This document shows, in pieces, positions 1-8,415 of a stretch of 10,079 nt of DNA; position 1 is the first letter of the stretch, and every line of letters starts with the position of its first letter. Origin of the DNA: Thermostichus sp. DRC_bins_24 (lineage in GTDB: Bacteria > Cyanobacteriota > Cyanobacteriia > Thermostichales > Thermostichaceae). The translations under genes were made by a program, and so were the position numbers. The notes beneath the pieces were generated by a model. It saw only the letters and a list, made by a program, of their open reading frames with translations, had not been told where the DNA came from and searched no databases. The stretch is from positions 1 through 10,079 of the forward strand of contig JAUQVK010000005.1 in assembly GCA_039794845.1 (NCBI GenBank). The letters are read 5' to 3'.

Positions 1-165
1 CGCTCAGATCTATCAGAAGAAGCTCAGCACACTTTTGTGGAAGCTTACAATCAAAGTCGACAGGAGAACCACGATCATAATAATGCTTTGCTAAAAGCTT
101 GGGAAAAAGTCAAGCAGTTTTTTGAGCGGGATGATAAAGGGATCTTTTCCAAGCGCAGATCTTAA
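1..165 (+). CDS. 3' end of a ChaB-family protein (partial, begins upstream of the window)
   Basis: Frame 1 is open from base 1 to TAA at 163-165 and reads RSDLSEEAQHTFVEAYNQSRQENHDHNNALLKAWEKVKQFFERDDKGIFSKRRS*. This fits the ChaB pattern L..AQ..F..AYN....A...AW..VK..F.....G.F. It is not in the ORF track. Confidence 0.7.
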   Translation, partial: RSDLSEEAQHTFVEAYNQSRQENHDHNNALLKAWEKVKQFFERDDKGIFSKRRS

Positions 166-240
166 TTCCTGTTAATTCCTGATGGGCACTTCGATTAATT
201 GCCTTTTTGCAGATTAAGACTAGAAACCCTATTCTATCGT

Positions 241-249
241 TGCTATTCT
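241..249 (+). promoter_or_regulatory. Possible extended -10 element upstream of cbpA
   Basis: TGcTATTCT in the AT-rich intergenic region about 70 bp upstream of the ATG. Motif resemblance only. Confidence 0.25.
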
Positions 250-320
250 CAATAAGGCCTGGATTTTTCGATGTGCCCTGATTATTGCGACCTGGATTTA
301 GGTTGATCAGGAGGCTGCTG

Positions 321-1256
321 ATGGCCGCCAGTGATTTTAAGGATTACTACCAAGTTCTGGGGGTGAGCAGAGATGCTTCTCCTGAGGAGATCAAGCGTGC
401 TTACCGTAAGCTAGCCCGCAAGTACCACCCGGATGTCAACCCTGGGGATCGGGAGGCAGAAGAACGCTTCAAAGCCATCAACGAAGCCCACGAGGTGCTC
501 TCGGATCCAGAAAAGCGGCGCCGTTACGACCAATTCGGTCAGTATTGGCAGCAGGGGGGTGCTCAGGCCGGAACCGCTGCCGGCTTTGAGGGCTTTGGTC
601 AGTACCGCAGCTTCGATGAGTTTATCAATGAGCTGCTGGGTCGCATGGGATCCCGGCGAGGGGGGTTCCAGGAATATGCCCCAGGTTTTGGTGGGTTTAG
701 AACGGTGGATCTGCCGGGTCAGGATGTGGAGGCCAGCCTGACGCTGACTTGGTCAGAGGCCTTTGAGGGTTGCCAAAAGCGGCTGAATCTCAACGGCGAA
801 ACCATCACCATCCGCATCCCCCCCGGAGCCAAGCAGGGCAGCCGCATTCGTGTCAAGGGCAAAGGTCAGGTCAGTCCTTTCGGCGGCCAGCAACGGGGGG
901 ATCTCTATCTCAACCTGGAATTGCCCCCGCATCCTTTCTTCCGATTTGAGGGGGAGGATCTGCTCTGCGAGATCCCGATTGCACCAGATGAAGCGGTGCT
1001 GGGATCCACCGCCGAGATCCCCACCCCCACGGGCAAAGTCCAGCTCAAGATCCCGGCCGGGGTGGATAGCGGCCAAACCTTGCGGCTGCGAGGCCAAGGC
1101 TGGCGGGATCCCAAAGGGCAGCGCAGCGATCTGCGGGTCCGCCTCAAGGTGGTCACTCCCAAAGCCCCTAGCCTTGAGGAGCGGGAACTGTACGAAAAAC
1201 TGCGTCAGCGGCGGCAGTGGGATCCCCGTAGCGCACTGAAGGAGGTTCATTTATGA
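321..1256 (+). CDS. cbpA: DnaJ-class (type II, no zinc finger) co-chaperone, CbpA-like
   Basis: J-domain (KDYYQVLGV...YHPDVN...[21 protein letters not shown]), G/F-rich linker and DnaJ C-terminal domains, with no CxxCxGxG repeats. AGGAGG at 309-314 precedes ATG 321, which is preferred over the track start at 285. Followed by a cbpM-like gene. Confidence 0.92.
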   Translation: MAASDFKDYYQVLGVSRDASPEEIKRAYRKLARKYHPDVNPGDREAEERFKAINEAHEVLSDPEKRRRYDQFGQYWQQGGAQAGTAAGFEGFGQYRSFDEFINELLGRMGSRRGGFQEYAPGFGGFRTVDLPGQDVEASLTLTWSEAFEGCQKRLNLNGETITIRIPPGAKQGSRIRVKGKGQVSPFGGQQRGDLYLNLELPPHPFFRFEGEDLLCEIPIAPDEAVLGSTAEIPTPTGKVQLKIPAGVDSGQTLRLRGQGWRDPKGQRSDLRVRLKVVTPKAPSLEERELYEKLRQRRQWDPRSALKEVHL

Positions 1257-1540
1257 GCATGAGCTTAGCGATTGTGCAGGTGGAGGAGCGGTTTTATACC
1301 TTGGAGCAAGCCACCGAAACCACCCAGTTGCCCCTGCACTTGCTGGAGTGGCTGATTGCTCAGGGCCTGATTGAACTGGAAAACCAGTGTCTGGCCCCCC
1401 AACAAATGCGGCGGTTGGTGCAGATGCGACGATTGCACCACGATTTGGGAATCAACTGGATCGGGGCAGCGATGGTACTGGATATGGCCCAAGAGATTGC
1501 TCAGCTCAAGGCTCAGTTGCGGGTCTATCGGGGTTTTTAA
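1253..1540 (+). CDS. cbpM: Chaperone modulator CbpM (MerR-like HTH)
   Basis: 95 aa, with its start overlapping the last codons of cbpA and GGAGG at 1241-1245. Motif [36 protein letters not shown] matches CbpM (RL..DLG.N..G.A....L..EI..L). Canonical position after cbpA. Confidence 0.88.
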   Translation: MSMSLAIVQVEERFYTLEQATETTQLPLHLLEWLIAQGLIELENQCLAPQQMRRLVQMRRLHHDLGINWIGAAMVLDMAQEIAQLKAQLRVYRGF

Positions 1541-1617
1541 GGGTTTATTGGGCTCTCCGGCAACGGAACAAGAACAATGGCGAAACACAAGAACACAGCG
1601 CCAGGAGGATAAACAAC

Positions 1618-2373
1618 ATGGAACACATCATTCGTCGCAGTCAAGTGATCGGTCTGATGGCTCTGGATGGCACCACCGCCACCGGCCTCGGCAAAGTGGA
1701 AGAAATCTGGGTGGATCCCCAAGGACGGGTGAGCTATTTTACTAGCAGCCAAGGATACACACCCTTGGAGCAAATTTCGGTGATCGGCCCGGATGCTTTG
1801 TTGACCTATTCCAGCCTTTTCACCACCCCTGGGATCCCGGTGAGTTCTCTGTACAAGCGGGTGGTGCGGCTGGGGGATCAACCGGTGGGCTGGATTGAGG
1901 ATTTCTTGTTTGATTGGGAAACCGGCGATATTGCCGCTTACATCCTGGGGGGAAGTATTGCTGAGCCTTTGGGAGGGAGAGCCGTGCTCTTTCCTGAGGA
2001 TATTGAAGTGATTGATGTGGAAGCGGTGGTGGTGCGACAGGATGCTCCCCAAAGGCTCAAATCGGAAGCAGAGGGCCTCAAGGGTTTTTTGAGCGAAAAG
2101 TCTCAGCAGGTCAGGCAACTGGTGCAGCGCATGGGGGATCGCCTCAAGAATTTGGTTACCCCTCAGGATCCGCCCGATGTGGTGCAGGTCAAGATTCGGC
2201 AGGTGCGGGACGAACTGGCGGGGGCAAGCCGGTTTGAGCACAATCTGCTGGATGAGGCCGCCGAGTTTTTGCAACAAGGCTGGGAACGCTGGCAGCAGCG
2301 ACTGAGCCGAGCTGGTCAACGGATGCAAGCCGCCATCAGCGCTGCATGGCAAAAGCTCACCGAAAAAGACTAA
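1618..2373 (+). CDS. PRC-barrel domain protein (two barrels plus helical C-terminus), 251 aa
   Basis: AGGAGG at 1603-1608 precedes ATG 1618. Motifs IRRSQVIGL...LGKVEEIWVD and VGWIEDFLFDWETGDIAAY are typical tandem PRC-barrels. The track start at 1387 overlaps cbpM and is unlikely. Confidence 0.85.
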   Translation: MEHIIRRSQVIGLMALDGTTATGLGKVEEIWVDPQGRVSYFTSSQGYTPLEQISVIGPDALLTYSSLFTTPGIPVSSLYKRVVRLGDQPVGWIEDFLFDWETGDIAAYILGGSIAEPLGGRAVLFPEDIEVIDVEAVVVRQDAPQRLKSEAEGLKGFLSEKSQQVRQLVQRMGDRLKNLVTPQDPPDVVQVKIRQVRDELAGASRFEHNLLDEAAEFLQQGWERWQQRLSRAGQRMQAAISAAWQKLTEKD

Positions 2374-2649
2374 CCCCCATCTCCAGCAGATGGCCTCACC
2401 GATATCTCCCGACGCGGACTCTACGAGTACGGCGCGGATCTTCTGCTGACTGAGGTAACGTAGCTATCGCAACAGCAATAGCTCGGGCCTAGGGGAGCAC
2501 CGGCATGGTTCGCCTGTTAGGATCTGAGGGAGCCCACTCCTTCTATGTTGACGTATAGTAAAATCTCATCCAGCAGGGAAATGGCACAGCTTCCAGGGAA
2601 TGACAAGGTGAAGCTCTTTGAAGTCCAAGACTTTTCTGAAATTCAACTT

Positions 2650-2803
2650 TACAGCCCTTTACGCCTAGGGCACGCTGGCGCGTTCGCCCATGGCGGCCCA
2701 TAGGGCACCGCTAGTCATATGTAACAACCGTGGAAGTTGAGATCCACCCCCTAAGGCTAAAGCAGCACAAGCCCTGCCGTAGAAAACCCGCGTAAGGGCT
2801 GTA
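2650..2803. mobile_element. MITE of 150 bp (2652-2801) flanked by TA, IS630/Tc1-like ends
   Basis: Left end TACAGCCCTTTACGC (2650-2664) and right end GCGTAAGGGCTGTA (2790-2803) are inverted repeats apart from one extra T. TA lies on both sides and there is no transposase. Related segments occur at 7580-7680 and 9641-9683. Confidence 0.75.
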
Positions 2804-2817
2804 TCTATTACTGCGTC

Positions 2818-3451
2818 GGCTCTCCTGACATTTTGGTGGCGGCAGTATAATGAGATACTGAATTCTGTGGCAAGGGATGGTGCCTCTTGATCAGTTGCTA
2901 GGTCTGTCTGGAGTCCAGATTCAAGAGTTCGTGGAGTTAGAGGATCACGTTGTCCTCAAACTGGCTCTAACCTCAAAGGAGATGATTTGTCCTCATTGTG
3001 GACAGATCATGGCCAAGGTTCATCAGAATCGTCCTATCCTTGTGCGAGACCTGTCCCTGTTTGGGCGTTCCGTCTATCTGCAAGTGCCTCGCCGCCAATT
3101 TTATTGCTCTCACTGTCAGCACTACTCCACTGAAGTCCTCTCATTCGTGGACTGGGAATGCTCCTATACAACTCCTATACAAAGCGTTATGAAACCTCTA
3201 TTTATCGACAAGTCAAACAATCGATGATTGAGCAAGTTAGTCAGAATGAAGGATTAAGTCGAGACCAAGTGGAAGGGATATTCAAGCGTCAGTTAGAGGT
3301 GATTGATGTTCACAAAGCCGAAGAGCTCATTGCAAGGCTGGAAAGCCTATGGACAGAGGAAGAGAGGCTGAGGGTGGAAGAAGTGAGTATCGATATGTGG
3401 GCTGGATTTACCAAAGTTGTCAGGCGGGTATTTCCGAAGGCCCGTATCGTC
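2818..3451 (+). mobile_element. ISL3-family insertion sequence remnant (left end only)
   Basis: Starts GGCTCTCCTGACATTTTGGTGG, and ISL3 ends typically begin GGCTC/GGTTC. It contains TATAAT at 2846-2851 followed by ISL3 transposase fragments. No matching right inverted repeat was found. Confidence 0.8.
2877..3451 (+). pseudogene. ISL3 transposase pseudogene (frameshifted, internally deleted, truncated)
   Basis: N-terminal zinc finger CPHCG...VRDLSLFGRSVYLQVPRRQFYCSHC, then YTKRYE and VEEVSIDMWAGF...VFPKARIV in a second frame. An 11-bp tandem duplication at 3161-3182 causes the shift. The sequence stops before the expected DxFH motif. Confidence 0.9.
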
Positions 3452-3720
3452 AAGTGGGGCCTTGGGGGGCCGTTGGGCTTGGGTTAGGGGCGCTTCTATT
3501 GGAGATGACCCCTGTGGGTCTTATTACTGCCACTGCTGGAGGCGCGACCCTACTCAACCAGGCCACGATTGGGTACGAACGAAAGCGGGAGGAATATGAA
3601 CGTCGCTGCCAAGCAATCCAAGCATGGGAGGCAGCCTGGCAACTTCGCCTGCAGCGGTTGCAAGCTCATCGAGAACGACTGAGCAATAAAATCCAGAGCT
3701 GTGAGAGGAACAGCTAGGGC

Positions 3721-3776
3721 AAAAAACTCAACCCCTGTGAGTCTGGGCCCAAACGCAGGTGTTAAATTCATCTGCG
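3721..3776 (-). terminator. Weak hairpins between convergent genes, possible terminator of the SDR gene
   Basis: Imperfect 8-bp stem CGCAGGTG-N7-CATCTGCG at 3754-3776. A 4-bp stem CTCA-N7-TGAG at 3727-3741 sits beside A6 at 3721-3726, which is a U tract on the minus strand. Confidence 0.25.
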
Positions 3777-3803
3777 GCCTTGGCCCCGGCTCCTGACCTT
3801 CCT

Positions 3804-4463
3804 TCACTCTGCCAGAGCAAACAAAGTGCTCCAGTCTTGTTTGGGAACCTCCGGTTTGGCAACAATTTCGAGAATGCGATTTTTCGCTGTGGGCTGAAAC
3901 AGGCTTTCTACAGCCACTTGTGCCACTTTCGTGCGGGAAATACTGCCTTCAAAGAGGGTATCGGCTTTGGATAGGACTATGCCATCTTCGTTGTCCTGAT
4001 TCTTTAAGCCCCCAGGCCGGACAATCGTGTAAGGAAGGCCACTTTTTTGCAGGTATTCCTCCGCCCGCTTTTTCCACACCAAAATCAGCCAAAACAAATT
4101 GAGGGGATGAAAGAATTGCGACACACATAAAGAAGAGACCAAAACAAAGTGTTGGATCCCTTGGCTTTTGGCCACATTCACCAAATTTTTGGTGCCTTCG
4201 TAATCAACTCGGTAAGGCTGGAACGGATCCCAGCTGGGTCTGGCCCCGGTGGCACAGAAAACCACGGTACAGCCCTCCATGCCTGCCTTGAGGGTGGCCG
4301 GATCCAACACATCTCCGACCACAATCTCTGCCTCTGGGGGCAACACCTGGGCCGCCAATTCCCGACTGCGCACCAGTGCCCGTACTTGGATCCCTCGGCT
4401 GACCAGCTCCTGAACAATACGTCGCCCGGTTTCTCCGGTCGCACCTGCAACAAAGGCCTGCAT
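3804..4463 (-). CDS. Atypical SDR-family NAD(P)H-binding oxidoreductase (Tic62-NAD/Ycf39-like)
   Basis: 219 aa with Rossmann motif AFVAGATGETGRRIV, VDYEGTKNLV, FVLVSSL and YTIVRPGGL. Confidence 0.92.
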   Translation of the reverse strand: MQAFVAGATGETGRRIVQELVSRGIQVRALVRSRELAAQVLPPEAEIVVGDVLDPATLKAGMEGCTVVFCATGARPSWDPFQPYRVDYEGTKNLVNVAKSQGIQHFVLVSSLCVSQFFHPLNLFWLILVWKKRAEEYLQKSGLPYTIVRPGGLKNQDNEDGIVLSKADTLFEGSISRTKVAQVAVESLFQPTAKNRILEIVAKPEVPKQDWSTLFALAE

Positions 4464-4611
4464 ACGATCCCTCTTCTACCCTGAGGCTTGCAATGAAGTT
4501 CCGTGAAGGCATTTCTGCATCGACCCTCACAAAAACATTATCTTCTCAAAAGTTACCCGGATCCCTATCCCGCCTGTGACAGCATAAGGGAACCCTGATC
4601 GCACTGCTTTT

Positions 4612-7590
4612 ATGGTTGCTCAAGCTGCTCCTCCTGCTTACGAGGCCCAAACCCAAACTATTGCCCAATCCTTGCTGGCTGCCGTCTTGGGGGAGGGCAA
4701 GTCCCTGCTGGCTCAGTGGCGGGATCAACTGCGCTGGGAGGATAAGCTGCTGGCCTGGGCGATGGAGAATCCCCACCTGCGGACGCAGATGTTTCGCTTG
4801 ATCGATGTCTTGCCCAGCCTGAAGAGCAAAGCCGAAGTGGCTCGGCATTTGCAGGAATACCTCTCGGATCCGGCGGTGGAGCTGCCGGGGATGCTGAAAA
4901 GCCTGCTCAATTTTGCCGATCCCGACTCGATTCCCGGACAGTTGGCGGCCACTACCCTAACCACGGCAGTGGAGGCTCTGGCCCATCGCTACATTGCCGG
5001 GGAAACCCTGAAGCAGGTGAGCAAAACCCTGGAGAATTTGCATCGCAATGGCATGGCCTTCACGGTGGATCTGTTGGGGGAAGCGGTGATCACCGAGGCC
5101 GAGGCGCAATCCTACCTGGAGCGTTACTTGCAGGTGATGGAGCATTTGGCGGCAGCCGTGAAAACTTGGCCGCAACCGCAGCCTGCACCCCAAGTATCGG
5201 TGAAGCTGACGGCCTTTTATTCCCAGTTCGACCCGTTGGATCCGGCGGGGGCCAAAGCCAGGGTGGGGGAACGGATTCGCACTCTGTTGCGCCGGGCCGC
5301 TGAGCTGGGGGTTGGGATCCACTTTGATATGGAGCAGTACCGCTACAAGTCCCTCACCCTGAGCATTTTGCGGGAGCTGCTGTTGGAGCCGGAGTTCAAA
5401 AGTCGTACTGATATCGGCCTGACGCTGCAAGCCTACCTGCGGGATAGCTACACCGATTTGCAGGATCTGATCAGCTGGGCCCAAGAGCGGGGATCCCCCG
5501 TCACGGTGCGCTTGGTGAAAGGGGCCTACTGGGATCAAGAGACGATTCGCGCCGCCCAAAAGCACTGGCCGCAGCCGGTCTACAACGACAAAGCCGCCAC
5601 TGATGCCAATTTTGAGCGCATGACCCAGCTGCTGTTGGAACATCACGCCGATCTCCATGCCGCCATTGGCAGCCACAACGTTCGGTCCCAAGCCAAAGCG
5701 ATGGCCATTGCCGAAGCCCTGGGGGTACCCAAAGAGGCCTTTGAAATGCAGGTGCTCTACGGCATGGCGGATAAATTGGCCAAAGCCTTGGTGCAAACGG
5801 GGCATCGGGTACGGGTGTACTGCCCCTACGGGGAGCTGCTGCCGGGGATGGCCTATTTGATCCGGCGGTTGTTGGAAAATACGGCCAACAGTTCCTTTTT
5901 GCGGCAGAGCGTGCAAGGCTACGACGCGGCACAGTTGCTGGCCCCTCCGGTCTTCAATGAGGGATCCGTTTTTCAGGCCCCCTCCACCCTCTCGTTTGCA
6001 GCAGCCCCCGATACGGACTTCAGCCAGCCCCAACAACGGGATCCCTTTTTTCAAGCCTTGGAAAAGATCCGTACCCAACTGGGGCAACCGGTGCAGCCCT
6101 GGATTGCCGGAAAACCCGTGGCCACGGCAGAAAGCATTCCTTCTCTGAACCCCGCCCACCCTACCCAAGTGGTGGCCCAGATTGGCCTGGCCGGTCCTGA
6201 ACAGGTGGAAGCAGCCTTGGCAGCAGCCCAAGAGAGCTTTCCTTTGTGGAAGCGTACTCCCGTTTCGGCGCGGGCCGGGATCCTGCGGCGGGTGGCAGAA
6301 CTTGTAGAAGCCCAACGGGCGGAATTGGCGGCTTGGATGGTGTTGGAGGTGGGCAAACCCATCGCGCAGGCGGATGGAGAAATTTCGGAAGCCATCGATT
6401 TTTGCCGCTACTACGCTCAGCAGATGGAAGTCCTGGGCGGACTGGGCTCTAGGGAGCAAGAGCGGGATGTCCCTGGGGAAACCAACCGCTACCACTATCA
6501 ACCGCGGGGTGTGGCGGTGGTGATCGCTCCCTGGAACTTTCCCCTTTCCATTCCCTGTGGCATGACGGTGGCGGCCTTGGTGGCGGGCAACTGTGTGCTG
6601 CTCAAACCGGCGGAACAATCCTCGCTGATCGCCTCTCAACTGGCAGGCTATATTCGCACCGCTCTGGCGGAAGCCGGGATCCCGGCGGGGGTCTTTCAGT
6701 TGCTGCCGGGGGTGGGGGAACGCATTGGCCCGCTGTTGGTCAAGGATCCACGGGTGCATTTGATTGCTTTTACCGGATCCCAGGCGGTGGGCTGCCAAAT
6801 CATTGCCCAAGCGGCGCAACTGTCACCGGGCCAGCACCACATCAAACGGGTAATTGCCGAGATGGGGGGCAAAAACGCCATCATCGTGGATGAAAGTGCG
6901 GATTTGGATCAGGCGGTGAAAGGGGTGATCCATTCCGCCTTTGGCTACAGCGGCCAGAAGTGCTCCGCCTGTTCGCGGGTGATCGTTTTGGAGCCGATTC
7001 ACGATCTGTTTTTGGGGCGGTTGATCGAGGCCACCAAGTCTTTGAATGTCGGGGATCCCGCCCATGCCGGCACCCAAGTAGGCCCGGTGATCGATGCGGA
7101 AGCCCAAGCCCGCCTGCAACAGGCCATTGCCTCTGCCCAAACCTATGCCCGTTTGGAACTCAGTTTGCCCGTACCGGAAGAGGGATACTTCGTCGGCCCC
7201 ACCCTGTTTAGCCAGGTGGATCCCCAGTCGGAGCTAGCGCAACGGGAGTTGTTCGGCCCGGTGCTGGCCATTTTGCGTGCCCCCAACTTTGCCGCTGCCC
7301 TAGAGATGGCCAATGCCACCCCCTACGCCCTCACGGGCGGTCTTTACAGTCGCACCCCCTCCCATATTCAACAGGCTCGCCAAGACTTTGCTGTCGGTAA
7401 CCTTTACATCAACCGGGAGATTACCGGAGCCCTGGTGGAGCGGCAACCCTTCGGGGGCTTTAAGCTCTCTGGGGTGGGATCCAAAGCGGGCGGCCCCGAT
7501 TACCTGCTGCAATTTCTAGAGCCGCGCACGATCACCGAAAACATTCAACGGCAGGGCTTTGCCCCGATTGAGGAGTCTTGTGGAAGTTGA
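4612..7590 (+). CDS. putA: Bifunctional proline dehydrogenase / L-glutamate-gamma-semialdehyde (P5C) dehydrogenase
   Basis: 992 aa. PRODH motifs VSVKLT, FDMEQY, VRLVKGAYWD and YLIRRLLENTAN. ALDH motifs IAPWNFP, FTGS, EMGGKN, GQKCSAC and ELFGP. No N-terminal ribbon-helix-helix domain is evident. Confidence 0.97.
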   Translation: MVAQAAPPAYEAQTQTIAQSLLAAVLGEGKSLLAQWRDQLRWEDKLLAWAMENPHLRTQMFRLIDVLPSLKSKAEVARHLQEYLSDPAVELPGMLKSLLNFADPDSIPGQLAATTLTTAVEALAHRYIAGETLKQVSKTLENLHRNGMAFTVDLLGEAVITEAEAQSYLERYLQVMEHLAAAVKTWPQPQPAPQVSVKLTAFYSQFDPLDPAGAKARVGERIRTLLRRAAELGVGIHFDMEQYRYKSLTLSILRELLLEPEFKSRTDIGLTLQAYLRDSYTDLQDLISWAQERGSPVTVRLVKGAYWDQETIRAAQKHWPQPVYNDKAATDANFERMTQLLLEHHADLHAAIGSHNVRSQAKAMAIAEALGVPKEAFEMQVLYGMADKLAKALVQTGHRVRVYCPYGELLPGMAYLIRRLLENTANSSFLRQSVQGYDAAQLLAPPVFNEGSVFQAPSTLSFAAAPDTDFSQPQQRDPFFQALEKIRTQLGQPVQPWIAGKPVATAESIPSLNPAHPTQVVAQIGLAGPEQVEAALAAAQESFPLWKRTPVSARAGILRRVAELVEAQRAELAAWMVLEVGKPIAQADGEISEAIDFCRYYAQQMEVLGGLGSREQERDVPGETNRYHYQPRGVAVVIAPWNFPLSIPCGMTVAALVAGNCVLLKPAEQSSLIASQLAGYIRTALAEAGIPAGVFQLLPGVGERIGPLLVKDPRVHLIAFTGSQAVGCQIIAQAAQLSPGQHHIKRVIAEMGGKNAIIVDESADLDQAVKGVIHSAFGYSGQKCSACSRVIVLEPIHDLFLGRLIEATKSLNVGDPAHAGTQVGPVIDAEAQARLQQAIASAQTYARLELSLPVPEEGYFVGPTLFSQVDPQSELAQRELFGPVLAILRAPNFAAALEMANATPYALTGGLYSRTPSHIQQARQDFAVGNLYINREITGALVERQPFGGFKLSGVGSKAGGPDYLLQFLEPRTITENIQRQGFAPIEESCGS

Positions 7591-7680
7591 GACCTACCTC
7601 TTGCAGGGATGGCTCTTCATGCCCCGCAGCGGGAGCAGGAAGCACGAGCTCTGGTGTAGCAGACCCACGCAAGGGCTGTA
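7580..7680. repeat. Right-hand fragment of the TA-ended MITE family, overlapping the putA stop
   Basis: GTGGAAGTTGAGA at 7580-7592 is identical to 2730-2742. AGCACGAGCTCTGGTGTAGCAGACCCACGCAAGGGCTGTA aligns with AGCACAAGCCCTGCCGTAGAAAACCCGCGTAAGGGCTGTA, the MITE right end. Confidence 0.75.
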
Positions 7681-7726
7681 TACTCGACAGAATACAAGGT
7701 GCAGCTCAAAAAGAAACAAACTTGGA

Positions 7727-8327
7727 CTAAGTATTACAAGCCAAGTTCAAGTCGAGATTTTGGGGTGTGCAGAGATCTTGTATCGAAAATGGGAAAGGTC
7801 TAGGGCTACCAAAAGGGAACGGTTGTAACCTGACACCAAACACATCCAAGCAAACTCTTGTCACACTTGGGGGAAAGGTTCCCGGAAAAGTAATCGCAAT
7901 ATCAGGAATCGGGTCTTCTCCAACAGACACGCCATCATTGACGACCAGATCCTGATCACTCAAGTAAGTTCCATTTTCCTCAAAACCCCAAGCAGTCGCA
8001 TTAAATAGAGATCAGCGGAGCACTTGGAGAGGAAATGGAAAACTGCACCGTAACTGCATCTACCTCTGGCGGATTAACACCTGTGCCAGTAAAGACAGGA
8101 TCACACCTCAGGGTAACCGTCATAAATTGATCCGGCTGATTGACTACAGAAGAGGAGCGCGGATCCCGAAAACTTAAGGGACGAGCCTCTTGCTCAGAAA
8201 GAGGTACAGCAACCAACACTTTAACACCCCTCATTCCCGGGCTGCTGTGGGTTACCCAAGATGAAGGGCCGCAAGCATATAGACACGCAATGGCAAGTAG
8301 CAGTGCCATTATTTTCAATCTTCTCAT
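7727..8327 (-). pseudogene. Putative lipoprotein of about 200 aa, split by a frameshift near 8006-8012
   Basis: ORF 8327-8001 has a signal peptide and lipobox (MRRLKIMALLLAIACLYA-C). The frame of ORF 7963-7727 stays open upstream as SLFNATAWGFEENGTYL until it overlaps the end of the first ORF. Both halves have a similar Pro/Val/Thr/Ser-rich composition. Confidence 0.55.
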
Positions 8328-8415
8328 ATTCTTGGCCGATTGATTTCAAATCTATTCACGCGGCCAAGCTATCTTCGGAACAGAGGGATGAACAACCGTA
8401 GTTTTGCGGGGATCC

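Larger units (their letters stand above)
2581..3717 (+). pseudogene. Small membrane/coiled-coil gene split by a MITE and an ISL3 remnant (pieces 2581-2651, 2804-2817, 3452-3717)
   Basis: Joining the three pieces gives one stop-free 116-aa frame: MAQLPGNDKVKLFEVQDFSEIQL-Y-LLLR-QVGPWGAVGLGLGALLLEMTPVGLITATAGGATLLNQ...CERNS*. Confidence 0.6.

Noticed and set aside
162..181. 10-bp tandem repeat TTAATTCCTG x2 at the ChaB stop
   Set aside because: Real, but most simply a local slippage duplication with no evidence of function.
183..205. GGCACTTCGATTAATTGCC as a CIRCE (HrcA) operator upstream of a DnaJ-type gene
   Set aside because: Arms and spacing do not fit TTAGCACTC-N9-GAGTGCTAA.
1387..1617. 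N-terminal extensions given by the track for the PRC-barrel gene (1387) and, similarly, cbpA (285)
   Set aside because: Clear AGGAGG-ATG starts exist at 1618 and 321. The 1387 extension also overlaps cbpM.
2374..2483. Hairpins after the PRC-barrel gene (2377-2393, 2462-2483) and an in-frame 29-codon read-through to TAG
   Set aside because: No U tract to call a terminator, no recognisable ncRNA family, and a short open frame is expected by chance.
3349..3450. ORF 3349-3717 as a standalone gene
   Set aside because: Its first 33 or so codons are an alternative frame of the ISL3 transposase. Only the part from about 3451 looks like a real gene fragment.
4957..6819. 620-aa antisense ORF and other ORFs nested in putA, cbpA, the PRC-barrel, SDR and DMT genes
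   Set aside because: Shadow frames of GC-rich genes with no recognisable motifs.
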